Of a DNA stretch of 55,065 nucleotides, positions 40,825-49,883 are shown in pieces. The notes beneath the pieces are model-generated. The model was given only the letters and a program-made list of their open reading frames with translations, did not search any database and was not told where the DNA came from. How positions within the stretch are numbered: the stretch's first letter is position 1; each line of letters begins with the position of its first letter. The stretch is from Candidatus Hydrogenedentota bacterium (GTDB lineage: Bacteria; Hydrogenedentota; Hydrogenedentia; Hydrogenedentales; SLHB01), in contig JAWXCN010000113.1 of NCBI GenBank assembly GCA_034408725.1, positions 1-55,065 on the forward strand. Direction: 5' to 3'. The position numbers were made by a program, and so were the translations under genes.

Positions 40825-41784
40825 ATGAGTATGAATCGCAGACAATTTATTCAATCCGGCGCACTTGCCGGTGGCGCGCTTGCGGCGTCCACTGCGGCGG
40901 CTGCCAAGGAACCGAAAAAAACATATCAGGACAAACAGAGCCCGTGGCCGGTTGTGCTCAACGCCAGTACCATTCGCAAGTCGCCCGGCGTTGATCAAAC
41001 CCCCGCGCTCGATAAAATCCGCATTGCCGCGGAAGCGGGTTACGACGGCATCGAGTTGTGGATGAACGATCTCGAGGAACTCGAGAAAAACGGCAACAAA
41101 CTTACCGATGTCGCAAAAGAAATTAAAGACCGCGGGCTATTTGTGCCCAACGTCATTGGGCTGTGGGACGGGATGCCACCCACGCAGGAAGAATGGGAGA
41201 AATCGCTGACGGTCACGCGCGACCGGATGCGAATGGTTTCCGAAGTCGGTTCACGCCACGTCGCCGCATTGCCATTTCCAGATCGCGAAAACTTTGACCT
41301 TCGCTGGGGCACGGACCGGTACCGCGATCTTCTGCACATTGGCCGCGACGACTATAACATCGCGGTAACAATGGAGTTCATTGGTTTCCTAAAGGGACTT
41401 AACCGTCTCGGGCAGGCCTGCTGTATCGCTATCGATTGTGACGAACCGACTGCAACTGTGCTGCCCGACACCTTTCATCTCTATCGCGGCGGGTCAGGTT
41501 TTACCGGCATCAAACATTTGCAGCCGGAGCTCATCGCCGACTTTCATTGGAACGACGTGCCCGCGTCGCCCGCGCAATATGAACTTCGCGACCGCGACCG
41601 CGTGATGCCGGGCGACGGCATTCTCCCGTTGACGCAATGCCTGAAAGACCTCCACGAAATCGGCTATACCGGTCCGCTGTCGCTAGAATTGTTCAACGAA
41701 CAATATTGGGCGCTCGATCCAAAAGAAACCGCGCGCATCGGTCTGGAAAAGATGCGGTCCAATATCGCCACCGCGTTCGCATAA
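40825..41784 (+). CDS. Tat-exported sugar phosphate isomerase/epimerase (TIM barrel)
   Basis: NRRQFI Tat motif; GYDGIELW, EF, DTFH, HWND, DRVMPGDG and SLELFN motifs. Confidence 0.88.
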   Translation: MSMNRRQFIQSGALAGGALAASTAAAAKEPKKTYQDKQSPWPVVLNASTIRKSPGVDQTPALDKIRIAAEAGYDGIELWMNDLEELEKNGNKLTDVAKEIKDRGLFVPNVIGLWDGMPPTQEEWEKSLTVTRDRMRMVSEVGSRHVAALPFPDRENFDLRWGTDRYRDLLHIGRDDYNIAVTMEFIGFLKGLNRLGQACCIAIDCDEPTATVLPDTFHLYRGGSGFTGIKHLQPELIADFHWNDVPASPAQYELRDRDRVMPGDGILPLTQCLKDLHEIGYTGPLSLELFNEQYWALDPKETARIGLEKMRSNIATAFA

Positions 41785-41805
41785 CGCAGCAAACCGCGCC
41801 CGCGC

Positions 41806-42573
41806 ATGAGCACAATTACCGTCCTCGTTCTCATTCCAAACGCGGGCGATCGGTTGCCGCGTTGCCTCGAAAGCGTAGCGTGGGCGGACGACGTGTTTTG
41901 TGTCGTCGATCCAAACACGGTTGATGGGTCGGACGCCGTGGCGCGGCAGTTCTCGAACCATGTGGTCGTGCACGAATATGAGAACAAAGCCGCGCAGTGC
42001 AACTGGGCGATTCCGCAAATCGAGACGGAGTGGACCCTCGTGCTCGACGCAGACGAATGGCTCTCCCCGGAGTTGACCGCGCGCATTCAGAAGGTCATCG
42101 CTGACCCGTCCAGCAGCGACGGCTTCAAAGTCAAGCGCATGTCCTACTTCTTCGGCAAGCTCATCCAACACTGCGGCTGGGACCGCGACTACAACGTCCG
42201 CCTGTTCCGCACAAAGAAAGGCCGCTACCGCGACCAGCGCGTCCACGCCACCATCGACATCGACGGCTCCATGGGCCGCATCGACGACGTCATGTACCAC
42301 GACGACAAACGCAACTTCGAAGAATACTTCGCCACCTTCCAGCGCTTCACCACCTGGTCCGCCCAAGACCTCTACGACAAAGGCAAACGCGCCACCCTCA
42401 CCCACATCCTCCTCCGCCCCCTAACCCGATTCATCAAAATGTACGTCCTCCGCCGCGGCTTCCAGGACGGCTACCACGGCGCGGTACTCTGCGGGCTGGC
42501 TGCTTTCAGCGTATTCACAAAATACGCAAAACTGTGGAATCTGCAGAGGGGTGGTGGAGTCGGCAAGCGATGA
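41806..42573 (+). CDS. GT2 glycosyltransferase (WaaE/KdtX-like, LPS core)
   Basis: CLESVAWADD, LVLDADE, RLFR, VHA and GFQDGYHG motifs. Confidence 0.88.
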   Translation: MSTITVLVLIPNAGDRLPRCLESVAWADDVFCVVDPNTVDGSDAVARQFSNHVVVHEYENKAAQCNWAIPQIETEWTLVLDADEWLSPELTARIQKVIADPSSSDGFKVKRMSYFFGKLIQHCGWDRDYNVRLFRTKKGRYRDQRVHATIDIDGSMGRIDDVMYHDDKRNFEEYFATFQRFTTWSAQDLYDKGKRATLTHILLRPLTRFIKMYVLRRGFQDGYHGAVLCGLAAFSVFTKYAKLWNLQRGGGVGKR

Positions 42574-42652
42574 CAAATTTAAATGATGCTAAGAATAGCT
42601 TCAGTAAATTGGAAAACTGCACTTATCAGTCTAGCTTTGGTATGTTTTACCT

Positions 42653-43537
42653 ATGAGCACAAGTGAACTCTCAGAAAAAATGAAAATCCCGACATTTGAT
42701 TCCCTAATGGCGCCACTCCTACAAGCTTTGCTGGATCTTGGCGGATCGGGTTCAGTCGATGAAATATATGAGAGAGTAATCGAAAATGAAAAAATCCCGG
42801 AGGTTGTTCTTGAAAAGCTTCACGATCCTGAGAAAAGCAATCAAACAGAAGTAGGCTATCGGCTGGCGTGGGCGAGAACGTATTTAAAGAAGTATGGACT
42901 TCTCGAAAACTCTGCCCGTGGCGTTTGGACACTTACTCCTAAGGCGAACACGCTCGGCAAAGTAGAACCTCGTGAAGTGGTCCGGTTTGTCCAAGGACTT
43001 GACAAGAAGCTAAAAGAGAAGAGGCTAGAAACAACTATCGAACCCGCAAACCACGGCGCTACAACCAATAGTGAGGAGTGGCGCGAGAAGCTTCACCACA
43101 TACTGACCAAAGAGCTTTCGCCTTCAGCATTTGAGCGCCTAACTCAAAGGGTCCTACGCGAATCAGGCTTCATTCAGGTCGAGGTAACCGGCCGATCTGG
43201 TGACGGAGGCATCGACGGAAAAGGTATAGCGCGCATTCACGGATTCATGAGTTTCCATGTTATTTTTCAATGCAAGAAGTATCAGAACTCAATCGGCGCA
43301 TCCGAGATACGAGACTTTCGCGGTACGATGGTAGGACGCGCAGACAAAGGACTTTTCATCACGACAAGCACTTTCACTCCAGCAGCCATCAAGGAAGCAA
43401 CTCGTGACGGCGCCCCACCGATTGATCTGGTCGATGGTGAGCAACTGGCGGAGAAGCTGAAGGAGTTAGGTTTGGGAGTGAAGACCGAGTTGGTCGAAAC
43501 GGCTATAGTCGAAACCGACTGGTTCGCTAACCTATAG
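42653..43537 (+). CDS. mrr: Mrr-family type IV restriction endonuclease
   Basis: Mrr_N region (LAWARTYLKKYG...RGVWTLT); GDGGIDG, QCKKY, IRDFRG and IDLVDG; lower GC than flanks. Confidence 0.93.
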   Translation: MSTSELSEKMKIPTFDSLMAPLLQALLDLGGSGSVDEIYERVIENEKIPEVVLEKLHDPEKSNQTEVGYRLAWARTYLKKYGLLENSARGVWTLTPKANTLGKVEPREVVRFVQGLDKKLKEKRLETTIEPANHGATTNSEEWREKLHHILTKELSPSAFERLTQRVLRESGFIQVEVTGRSGDGGIDGKGIARIHGFMSFHVIFQCKKYQNSIGASEIRDFRGTMVGRADKGLFITTSTFTPAAIKEATRDGAPPIDLVDGEQLAEKLKELGLGVKTELVETAIVETDWFANL

Positions 43538-44070
43538 ATATTCGCGAGCGACTTATGCTTCACCGGATGGTTTTCTCAATCCCGGCGTAGCGGACTACGC
43601 TCAAAAGCTCCGAGCTTAAATTGCTCACGCCGCCTCCGCCCTCCTTATCCCGAAGGGATTACAGCGCGCAGCCCAGGGTTGACGCGCCGGAGTCGCTTCG
43701 ACGCAGGCGCGTCTACCCTGGGTAGCCATACGCCCCGCCTCCGCCTCCTCAACCCTGTAGGGGTTGCAGCCGTCTGCGTCCGATGCGATTGTGTTGGCTA
43801 TAGCGTTTTAAGAAGGCACGTTGGCGAAGCCATGTGCGTTTATAGGAATTGAAGCCGAGTATCCGATTGCGATCCTCCCTCACCTCCGACTTCGGTGGAC
43901 ACCTTACGAGGATGGTTATGTTTCGAATGTTCGGTCGCGTCGTTCGTCGAATTGCTTTACGATCTCCAACAAAACTGCCGTAACCCTTTCAGGGTACATT
44001 TAATGTGGGAACTGTACCTGGGGTAGGTCCGCCTTTGTCGAAGCGACTGCGGCGGCCCAACCCCAGGCTG

Positions 44071-44262
44071 TGCGCCGTAATCCCTTCGGGATAAAGAGCC
44101 AGGGTAAACCTGAGTCCGCACATCGTTGAGTTGAAAGGTGTCGGTCGTGAAACTGCGCCGTAATCCCGTCGGGATAAAGAGCCGGGATAAACCTGGGTCC
44201 GCACATCGTTGGGTTGAATGGTGTCGGTCGTCAGACTGCGCGCCGCAATCCCTTCGGGATAT
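44071..44262. repeat. Tandem 83-bp repeats, each carrying an ATCCCnTCGGGAT hairpin
   Basis: Units 44071-44153 and 44154-44236, plus a partial third copy from 44237. Confidence 0.85.
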
Positions 44263-44320
44263 AACGGCACACGACAGGTCAGGGTGCTTCGGTTCGCCAC
44301 AACCCCGGAAGGAGACAATC

Positions 44321-44776
44321 GTGTCGCAATCGCTTTCCGCCATCTACCTTCACACGACGTGGTCGACGAAAGAGCGTTTCCCATTTCTCCGGGATGCGGG
44401 ATTGCGCGCGCACATGCACGAGTACATAGGCGGCGTGTCGAACAACCTCGGATGCACGCCGATTATCGTGGGCGGTGTCGAGGATCATGTGCACATCCTT
44501 GCGCGGTTCGCGCGCACTACGACCACCGCGGATTGGATCAAGGAAATGAAGCGTGCGTCGAGCGCGTGGGTGAAGGGGATCGACACGAGCGCCCGCAAAT
44601 TCCAGTGGCAGGCGGGGTATGGGGCGTTCTCTGTGAGTTATTCAAATATCGGGCGGGTCGAGCGGTACATCGCAAACCAGGAGGAGCACCACCGCAAACT
44701 GACGTTTCAGGAGGAGTTCCGGCAGTTTATGCGCAAGCATGGCGTGGAGTGGGACGAACGATATGTGTGGGATTGA
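44321..44776 (+). CDS. tnpA: IS200/IS605-family HUH Y1 transposase (REP-associated type)
   Basis: GTG with GGAAGGAG RBS; HTTWSTKER, DHVH (HUH), WQAGYGAFSVS and YIANQ motifs. Confidence 0.92.
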   Translation: MSQSLSAIYLHTTWSTKERFPFLRDAGLRAHMHEYIGGVSNNLGCTPIIVGGVEDHVHILARFARTTTTADWIKEMKRASSAWVKGIDTSARKFQWQAGYGAFSVSYSNIGRVERYIANQEEHHRKLTFQEEFRQFMRKHGVEWDERYVWD

Positions 44777-44837
44777 GCCTGCAACCCACGCCCGATGCGA
44801 CCCTTTGTCAACATTCGGCGCGGGGAGGAGAAAAATC

Positions 44838-44930
44838 ATGCCGCAATCGTTGTTCGCCAGTTTCATTCACGCGACTTGGTCGACGCAGGAACGCTTCCCA
44901 TTTCTCCGCGACGCCGAACTGCGCGCGTAA
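44838..44930 (+). pseudogene. 5' fragment of a second tnpA copy
   Basis: MPQSLFASFIHATWSTQERFPFLRDAELRA* parallels the N-terminus of 44321; GGAGGAG RBS. Confidence 0.8.
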
Positions 44931-45034
44931 CATCCCCCTAAATCCCCCTTCAAAGGGGGACTTACTTCCATTCAAAATGACGTTGTATTGCGATTCTTAA
45001 AGTCCCCCTTTGAAGGGGGATTTAGGGGGATGTA
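44930..45034. repeat. REPIN of the CCCCCTT/AAGGGGG family (34-bp inverted pair)
   Basis: acatccccctaaatcccccttcaaagggggactt (44930-44963) / aagtccccctttgaagggggatttagggggatgt (45000-45033). Confidence 0.9.
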
Positions 45035-45711
45035 CATCTGAGGTACATTTCACCGCCGCATCGTCTTTGCCGTGTGTCTATATCGGGTCAACCCTGGGCT
45101 GCGCGCTGTAATCCCTTCGGGATAATTTCAATCGGATGTTGTTAGCCGCTCGTTATCCTCCTTAATACATTCGGCCATGAAGTGGCGGCGACCGTAGGAT
45201 GTTATTAGCCTCTCGTTTTCCCTTTCCTCATATCCATTGCGGAACGCACTCCGCCGTCCCCTCGTTCCACAATTTCCATTGTGGAACGTACTCTTGAAAA
45301 ACCTGCTTTGCGTTTGCCTCACGCGAAAACCTCGTGTGAGTGCAACACGCCGTGCATATATATAGATGCAGTGATCAGCGGGCGCTGCCCAACCACGTTC
45401 AACATGCCCTGGAAGCTGGTGCTTCGCTCATGAATGCCTCCTCACATCCATACGCAAAACAACACCTTCCCTCCGACCGCCACCCCTTACACCCCCTTGT
45501 TCCGTCAAAAAAATGTATGCACCCCCCCCTCACACAACATGCGTTCATCAGTGAAATCTGTGGACAACATCCTCGATTCCCCGTGACCCCGTGGTCATCG
45601 CCACAACGACCAGTGCAACATCCCGTGCATATATGATGAACGCACGTTAAGCGACGGAGCTGCCCCCTGTGGGTGTGTTTCCCCTGCCGGCAACAGTCGC
45701 CCAGCGGGTGT

Positions 45712-45741
45712 TTGACATGCAACGCAGAAATACGCTAAAGT
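45712..45741 (+). promoter_or_regulatory. Putative sigma70 promoter of rpsD
   Basis: TTGACA (45712-45717), 18-bp spacer, TAAAGT. Confidence 0.5.
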
Positions 45742-45854
45742 ACCCGACTTGGCGACCGCCGCATTTGGGTTGACCTGTGTCTATTCTGGCGGTCCAAGCA
45801 CAAAAATGCCCATTTATGGGCAAAGACCGCCAACTAAAGGAAAAGTCAAGGTTT

Positions 45855-46463
45855 ATGGCCAAGTACACCGGTCCGAGACACAAGTTATGCCGCAGATTGG
45901 GCTCGTGCATTTGGGGCAGCCCCAAGTGCCCGTCAATCCGCCGCGCTTACGCGCCTGGCCAGCATGGACAGAGCATGCGCAAGAAATCGTCGGTTTACGG
46001 TCAACAACTTCTCGACAAGCAGAAAATTCGAATGCACTACGGCTTGCTCGAACGCCAGATGCGGAATACCTTCGAGAAAGCGCAGCGCATGGGCGGCGTC
46101 ACCGGCACAAACCTCTTGATGCTGCTGGAATCGCGCCTGGACTGCATCGTATACCGCTTCGGCTTTGCGAACACGATTCCCGGCGCCCGCCAGTTAGTGG
46201 TACATGGCCACATTCGCGTGGATGGAAAGAAAGTCGACAAGCCGTCGTTCCTGGTGAAATCCGGAATGACGATTTCAGTACGGGAAAGCAGCCGCAAGAT
46301 TCCGGGCATCGCCGCGGGTGTTGACAGCCCGCCGTCGTTCATGCCGGAATACCTCAATCGGGCGGCAAATGCTTTTGAAGGCAGTATGACGGCCACGCCG
46401 AACATTGAAACCATTCCGTTCAAAGCGGAGACGGCGGGTGTGATTGGCTTTTACTCGCGCTAA
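45855..46463 (+). CDS. rpsD: 30S ribosomal protein S4
   Basis: MAKYTGPRHKLCRRLG, PGQHG, ESRLD, ARQLVVHGH and FYSR motifs. Confidence 0.97.
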   Translation: MAKYTGPRHKLCRRLGSCIWGSPKCPSIRRAYAPGQHGQSMRKKSSVYGQQLLDKQKIRMHYGLLERQMRNTFEKAQRMGGVTGTNLLMLLESRLDCIVYRFGFANTIPGARQLVVHGHIRVDGKKVDKPSFLVKSGMTISVRESSRKIPGIAAGVDSPPSFMPEYLNRAANAFEGSMTATPNIETIPFKAETAGVIGFYSR

Positions 46464-46485
46464 CCCTGGCGCTGGTTCTTTGCAA

Positions 46486-46517
46486 GGGCGGATCCGCGAG
46501 GATCCGCCCATTTTTTT
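46486..46517 (+). terminator. Rho-independent terminator
   Basis: gggcggatcc-gcga-ggatccgccc followed by attttttt. Confidence 0.9.
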
Positions 46518-46630
46518 GTTTTAATGTTTAGTCGTGCTCGTAGAGGTTTTTACGATTACGAGCACGAGCACGAAGCAAGGCGACTCGTTAATTTTGAACG
46601 GGCCGCAGTGAATTAAAGTATAGAAACCCC

Positions 46631-49600
46631 ATGCCCCTCACGAAACTCCTACCCAAACTCGCCGGACTCGATCTCAAACTCACGCCCGGTTCGTGTACCG
46701 ACATCATCGGACCTTGGAGTAGCGGCAAAGCCTTGGTGGCGCTGCATGCCGCGGGTGATCGGTCCATCCTGATTATTACGCATGGACGCGCGGAAGCCGA
46801 GGCCGTGTTCGAAGACCTGCTCACCTTCGATCACCCTGATCGCTGCATGCATTTCCCCGCCTGGGAAGTCCTGCCCACGGACGCGATGACACCCGCGGAC
46901 GATATCGTCGCGGAGCGCATGAACGCGTTGAAGCGCATTCTTGCGGCGCGCGCAGCGGGCGAACCGGTGCGCGTGGTCGCCCCGGTACGTTCGCTATCTC
47001 AATACGTTGTTGCGAGCGCGACACTCGCGAAGCGGACGATCACGCTCGCGACCGGCGAAGAACATGATCTCGAAAACCTCGTCGTGCGCTTTTCGGAACT
47101 TGGCTATGACCGTGAGCTGATGGTCGAGCAACGCGGCCAGATGAGTGTGCGCGGCGGCATTCTGGACGTGTTCCCGATATCGAGCGAGCTACCGTACCGC
47201 ATCGAATTTTTTGGCGACGAGATCGAGTCCATTCGCCGCTTCGAACCGGAAACCCAGCGCAGCGTGGGACAGGAAAAATCGGTCACCATCCTGCCGCGCT
47301 CGGAAAAAGCTCAACTCGCAACCGACACGCTCGTTCCATTGACGGACTATCTCCCCCGCGATGCAGTTATCGTGCTTGACGAGCCATTGGCCATCCGGGA
47401 AGAGGCCAAGAAAATTGGCGCGCAACTCGGCGAGAACCCTTACATCATTCCATGGGCCAAAGCCGAAACCTTCCTCGAAAAGTTCGCGCGGTTGCGTATC
47501 GCCCAGGTGCCGTTCACCGCCGAACCCGGCGTTCCGCGCATTCAACTCAACATGGGCGCAATCACCGGGTGGCAAGGACAGAACGAAGCGTTCTGGAAAC
47601 AGATCGAGCAGTGGGACCGCGAAAAATACACCGTCGTACTCTTGTGCGCGACGAGTGGCGAGCGCAAACGGCTCTTTGAACTGCTTGAAGAACGCGGCTA
47701 CCGGCCCGGGCAAGATGCGTTCGATCTGCGCGTCGACCTCGGGCGCTTGCGGGGCGGGTTCGTCGTGCCGCAGACGAAGCTCGCAGTGCTCAGCGAGCAC
47801 GAGATGTTCGGACGTCACTATGTCCGGCGCACGCGCCGAAGGTTTGAAGCAGGCGCCGCGCTCACCGCGTTCAGCGATCTCAAATCCGGTGATTACATCG
47901 TACACGATCAACACGGCGTCGGACGCTACCTTGGTTTAAAACGATTTGAGGGAAAGGCCGGCGATTTCCTCGCGCTCCAGTACACCGGTGGCGACAAACT
48001 GTATGTGCCCGTAACGCACATCGACATGATCCAGAAGTTCACCGGCGGCGACGGAGCGATGCCAAAGGTCGACAAGCTCGGCGGCTCGACTTGGGCCCGC
48101 ACAAAGTCGCGCGTGAAAAAAGCCGTCCGCGACATGACGGAAGAACTTCTGAAACTTTATGCGCAACGGGAGAGCCGCGAGGGACACTCGTATCCCGCCG
48201 ATACGCCGTGGCAGACGGAATTCGAGGACGCATTCGAATATGACGAAACGCCAGACCAGATGCGCGCCATCGTCGATGTAAAGCGCGACATGCAATCCGT
48301 GAAACCGATGGACCGCCTCATCTGCGGCGACGTGGGCTACGGCAAAACGGAAGTCGCCATGCGCGCCGCCTTCAAGGCCGTGATGGACGGCCGGCAGGTC
48401 GCCATACTCGTGCCCACGACGGTGCTCGCCGAACAGCACTACCTCAACTTTGAGGAGCGGTTCGCGGATTATCCCATCAAGGTGGAAATGCTCAGCCGGT
48501 TCCGCAACGCCAAACAACAAAAGACCGTCGTGGAACAAATGAAAGCTGGTGAAGTCGACGTCGTTATCGGCACGCACCGCATTATCTCGAAAGATGTCCA
48601 ATTCAAGAATCTCGGCCTCGTTGTCATCGACGAAGAGCAGCGCTTCGGCGTTGCGCACAAGGAACGTCTGAAACATCTCCGCGCCACGGTGGACGTGCTC
48701 ACGCTCAGCGCGACGCCTATCCCGCGCACCTTGAACATGTCGCTCATGGGCGTGCGCGACATGAGCGTGATCAATACCGCGCCGAATGATCGCTTGCCGA
48801 TTCACACCTGTATCGCGGAGTTTGACGAGGGGCTAATTCAGGAGGCAATTCAGCGCGAGATCGCGCGCGAAGGCCAGGTGTTCTACGTGCACAACCGCGT
48901 GCAGACCATCGATCGCGCGGCAACATTGGTGCAGCGGCTCGTGCCCACGGCGCGCATCGGCATCGGCCACGGCCAGATGAACGAAAAAGAACTCGAACGT
49001 GTCATGACCGGATTCATTCACAAACAATTTGACGTGTTGGTATGCACGACGATTATCGGTTCCGGCATCGACATTCCCAACGCCAACACGATCATCATCG
49101 ACCAGGCTGACCACTTCGGGCTCGCGGAACTGTACCAACTGCGCGGCCGCGTGGGCCGGTACAAGCATCGCGCGTTCGCGTACCTGCTGATTCCCGGCAA
49201 CCGCGCGCTCAGCGAAGACGCGCAAAAACGCCTGAAGGCGCTTGAAGAATTCTCGACACTTGGCGCGGGCTTCCGGATCGCAATGCGCGACATGGAAATT
49301 CGCGGCGCGGGAAACCTGCTCGGCGGCGATCAACACGGCCATATCTCAACGGTTGGGTTTGACACCTACGCGCAGCTCGTCGCCGAAGCCGTCGCGGAAA
49401 TCAAGGGCTATCCCGTGCGCGCGCGGCGCTTGCCGCTTTTCGAGATCGCGTCGGAAGCGTTTATCCCCGAGGGTTACGTCACATCCGAATCCCAAAAGAT
49501 TACGTTGTACAAACGCATCGCCGGGCTGCAAAATGAAGAAGAAGTGGGGGACATGCAGGCCGAACTGAAAGACCGCTTTGGCGAACCGCCCGCGCCGGTC

Positions 49601-49882
49601 CGGCGCTTGCTCGATGTCATGCGCGTGCGCGCGCTCGGCGCGGATGCTGGGGCGCGGCGCATCGTGGGCGGAAAGCTCGGCGTCACCGTCGAACTCGGCG
49701 TTGGCAGACAACTCGAACGCGGGCGGCGCGAAATGATCGTACAGGCCTTCGGAAATCGCGTGTCATTCGCGTGGAAGGAGACGCCGTCCATTACGTGTGC
49801 GTTGGAAGAAGGGGCGGATGAGCATACGGTCATCACTACGGCGCAACAACTGCTGCGCGCCTTAATTGAAGATGAGGACTAG
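46631..49882 (+). CDS. mfd: Transcription-repair coupling factor
   Basis: RGGILDVF, CarD-like RID (HGVGRY), GDVGYGKT, DEEQRFG, SATPIPRT, QLRGRVGR and TRCF C-terminus. Confidence 0.97.
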   Translation: MPLTKLLPKLAGLDLKLTPGSCTDIIGPWSSGKALVALHAAGDRSILIITHGRAEAEAVFEDLLTFDHPDRCMHFPAWEVLPTDAMTPADDIVAERMNALKRILAARAAGEPVRVVAPVRSLSQYVVASATLAKRTITLATGEEHDLENLVVRFSELGYDRELMVEQRGQMSVRGGILDVFPISSELPYRIEFFGDEIESIRRFEPETQRSVGQEKSVTILPRSEKAQLATDTLVPLTDYLPRDAVIVLDEPLAIREEAKKIGAQLGENPYIIPWAKAETFLEKFARLRIAQVPFTAEPGVPRIQLNMGAITGWQGQNEAFWKQIEQWDREKYTVVLLCATSGERKRLFELLEERGYRPGQDAFDLRVDLGRLRGGFVVPQTKLAVLSEHEMFGRHYVRRTRRRFEAGAALTAFSDLKSGDYIVHDQHGVGRYLGLKRFEGKAGDFLALQYTGGDKLYVPVTHIDMIQKFTGGDGAMPKVDKLGGSTWARTKSRVKKAVRDMTEELLKLYAQRESREGHSYPADTPWQTEFEDAFEYDETPDQMRAIVDVKRDMQSVKPMDRLICGDVGYGKTEVAMRAAFKAVMDGRQVAILVPTTVLAEQHYLNFEERFADYPIKVEMLSRFRNAKQQKTVVEQMKAGEVDVVIGTHRIISKDVQFKNLGLVVIDEEQRFGVAHKERLKHLRATVDVLTLSATPIPRTLNMSLMGVRDMSVINTAPNDRLPIHTCIAEFDEGLIQEAIQREIAREGQVFYVHNRVQTIDRAATLVQRLVPTARIGIGHGQMNEKELERVMTGFIHKQFDVLVCTTIIGSGIDIPNANTIIIDQADHFGLAELYQLRGRVGRYKHRAFAYLLIPGNRALSEDAQKRLKALEEFSTLGAGFRIAMRDMEIRGAGNLLGGDQHGHISTVGFDTYAQLVAEAVAEIKGYPVRARRLPLFEIASEAFIPEGYVTSESQKITLYKRIAGLQNEEEVGDMQAELKDRFGEPPAPVRRLLDVMRVRALGADAGARRIVGGKLGVTVELGVGRQLERGRREMIVQAFGNRVSFAWKETPSITCALEEGADEHTVITTAQQLLRALIEDED

Positions 49883-49883
49883 A

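Larger units (their letters stand above)
43645..45125. mobile_element. IS200/RAYT-like cassette bounded by perfect 39-bp inverted repeats
   Basis: ttatcccgaagggattacagcgcgcagcccagggttgac (43645-43683) is the exact reverse complement of 45087-45125. Confidence 0.75.

Noticed and set aside
44071-44262. CRISPR-like array or TnpB/omega-RNA system next to tnpA
   Set aside because: The intervening sequences are copies of one another, and no RuvC-type ORF is present.
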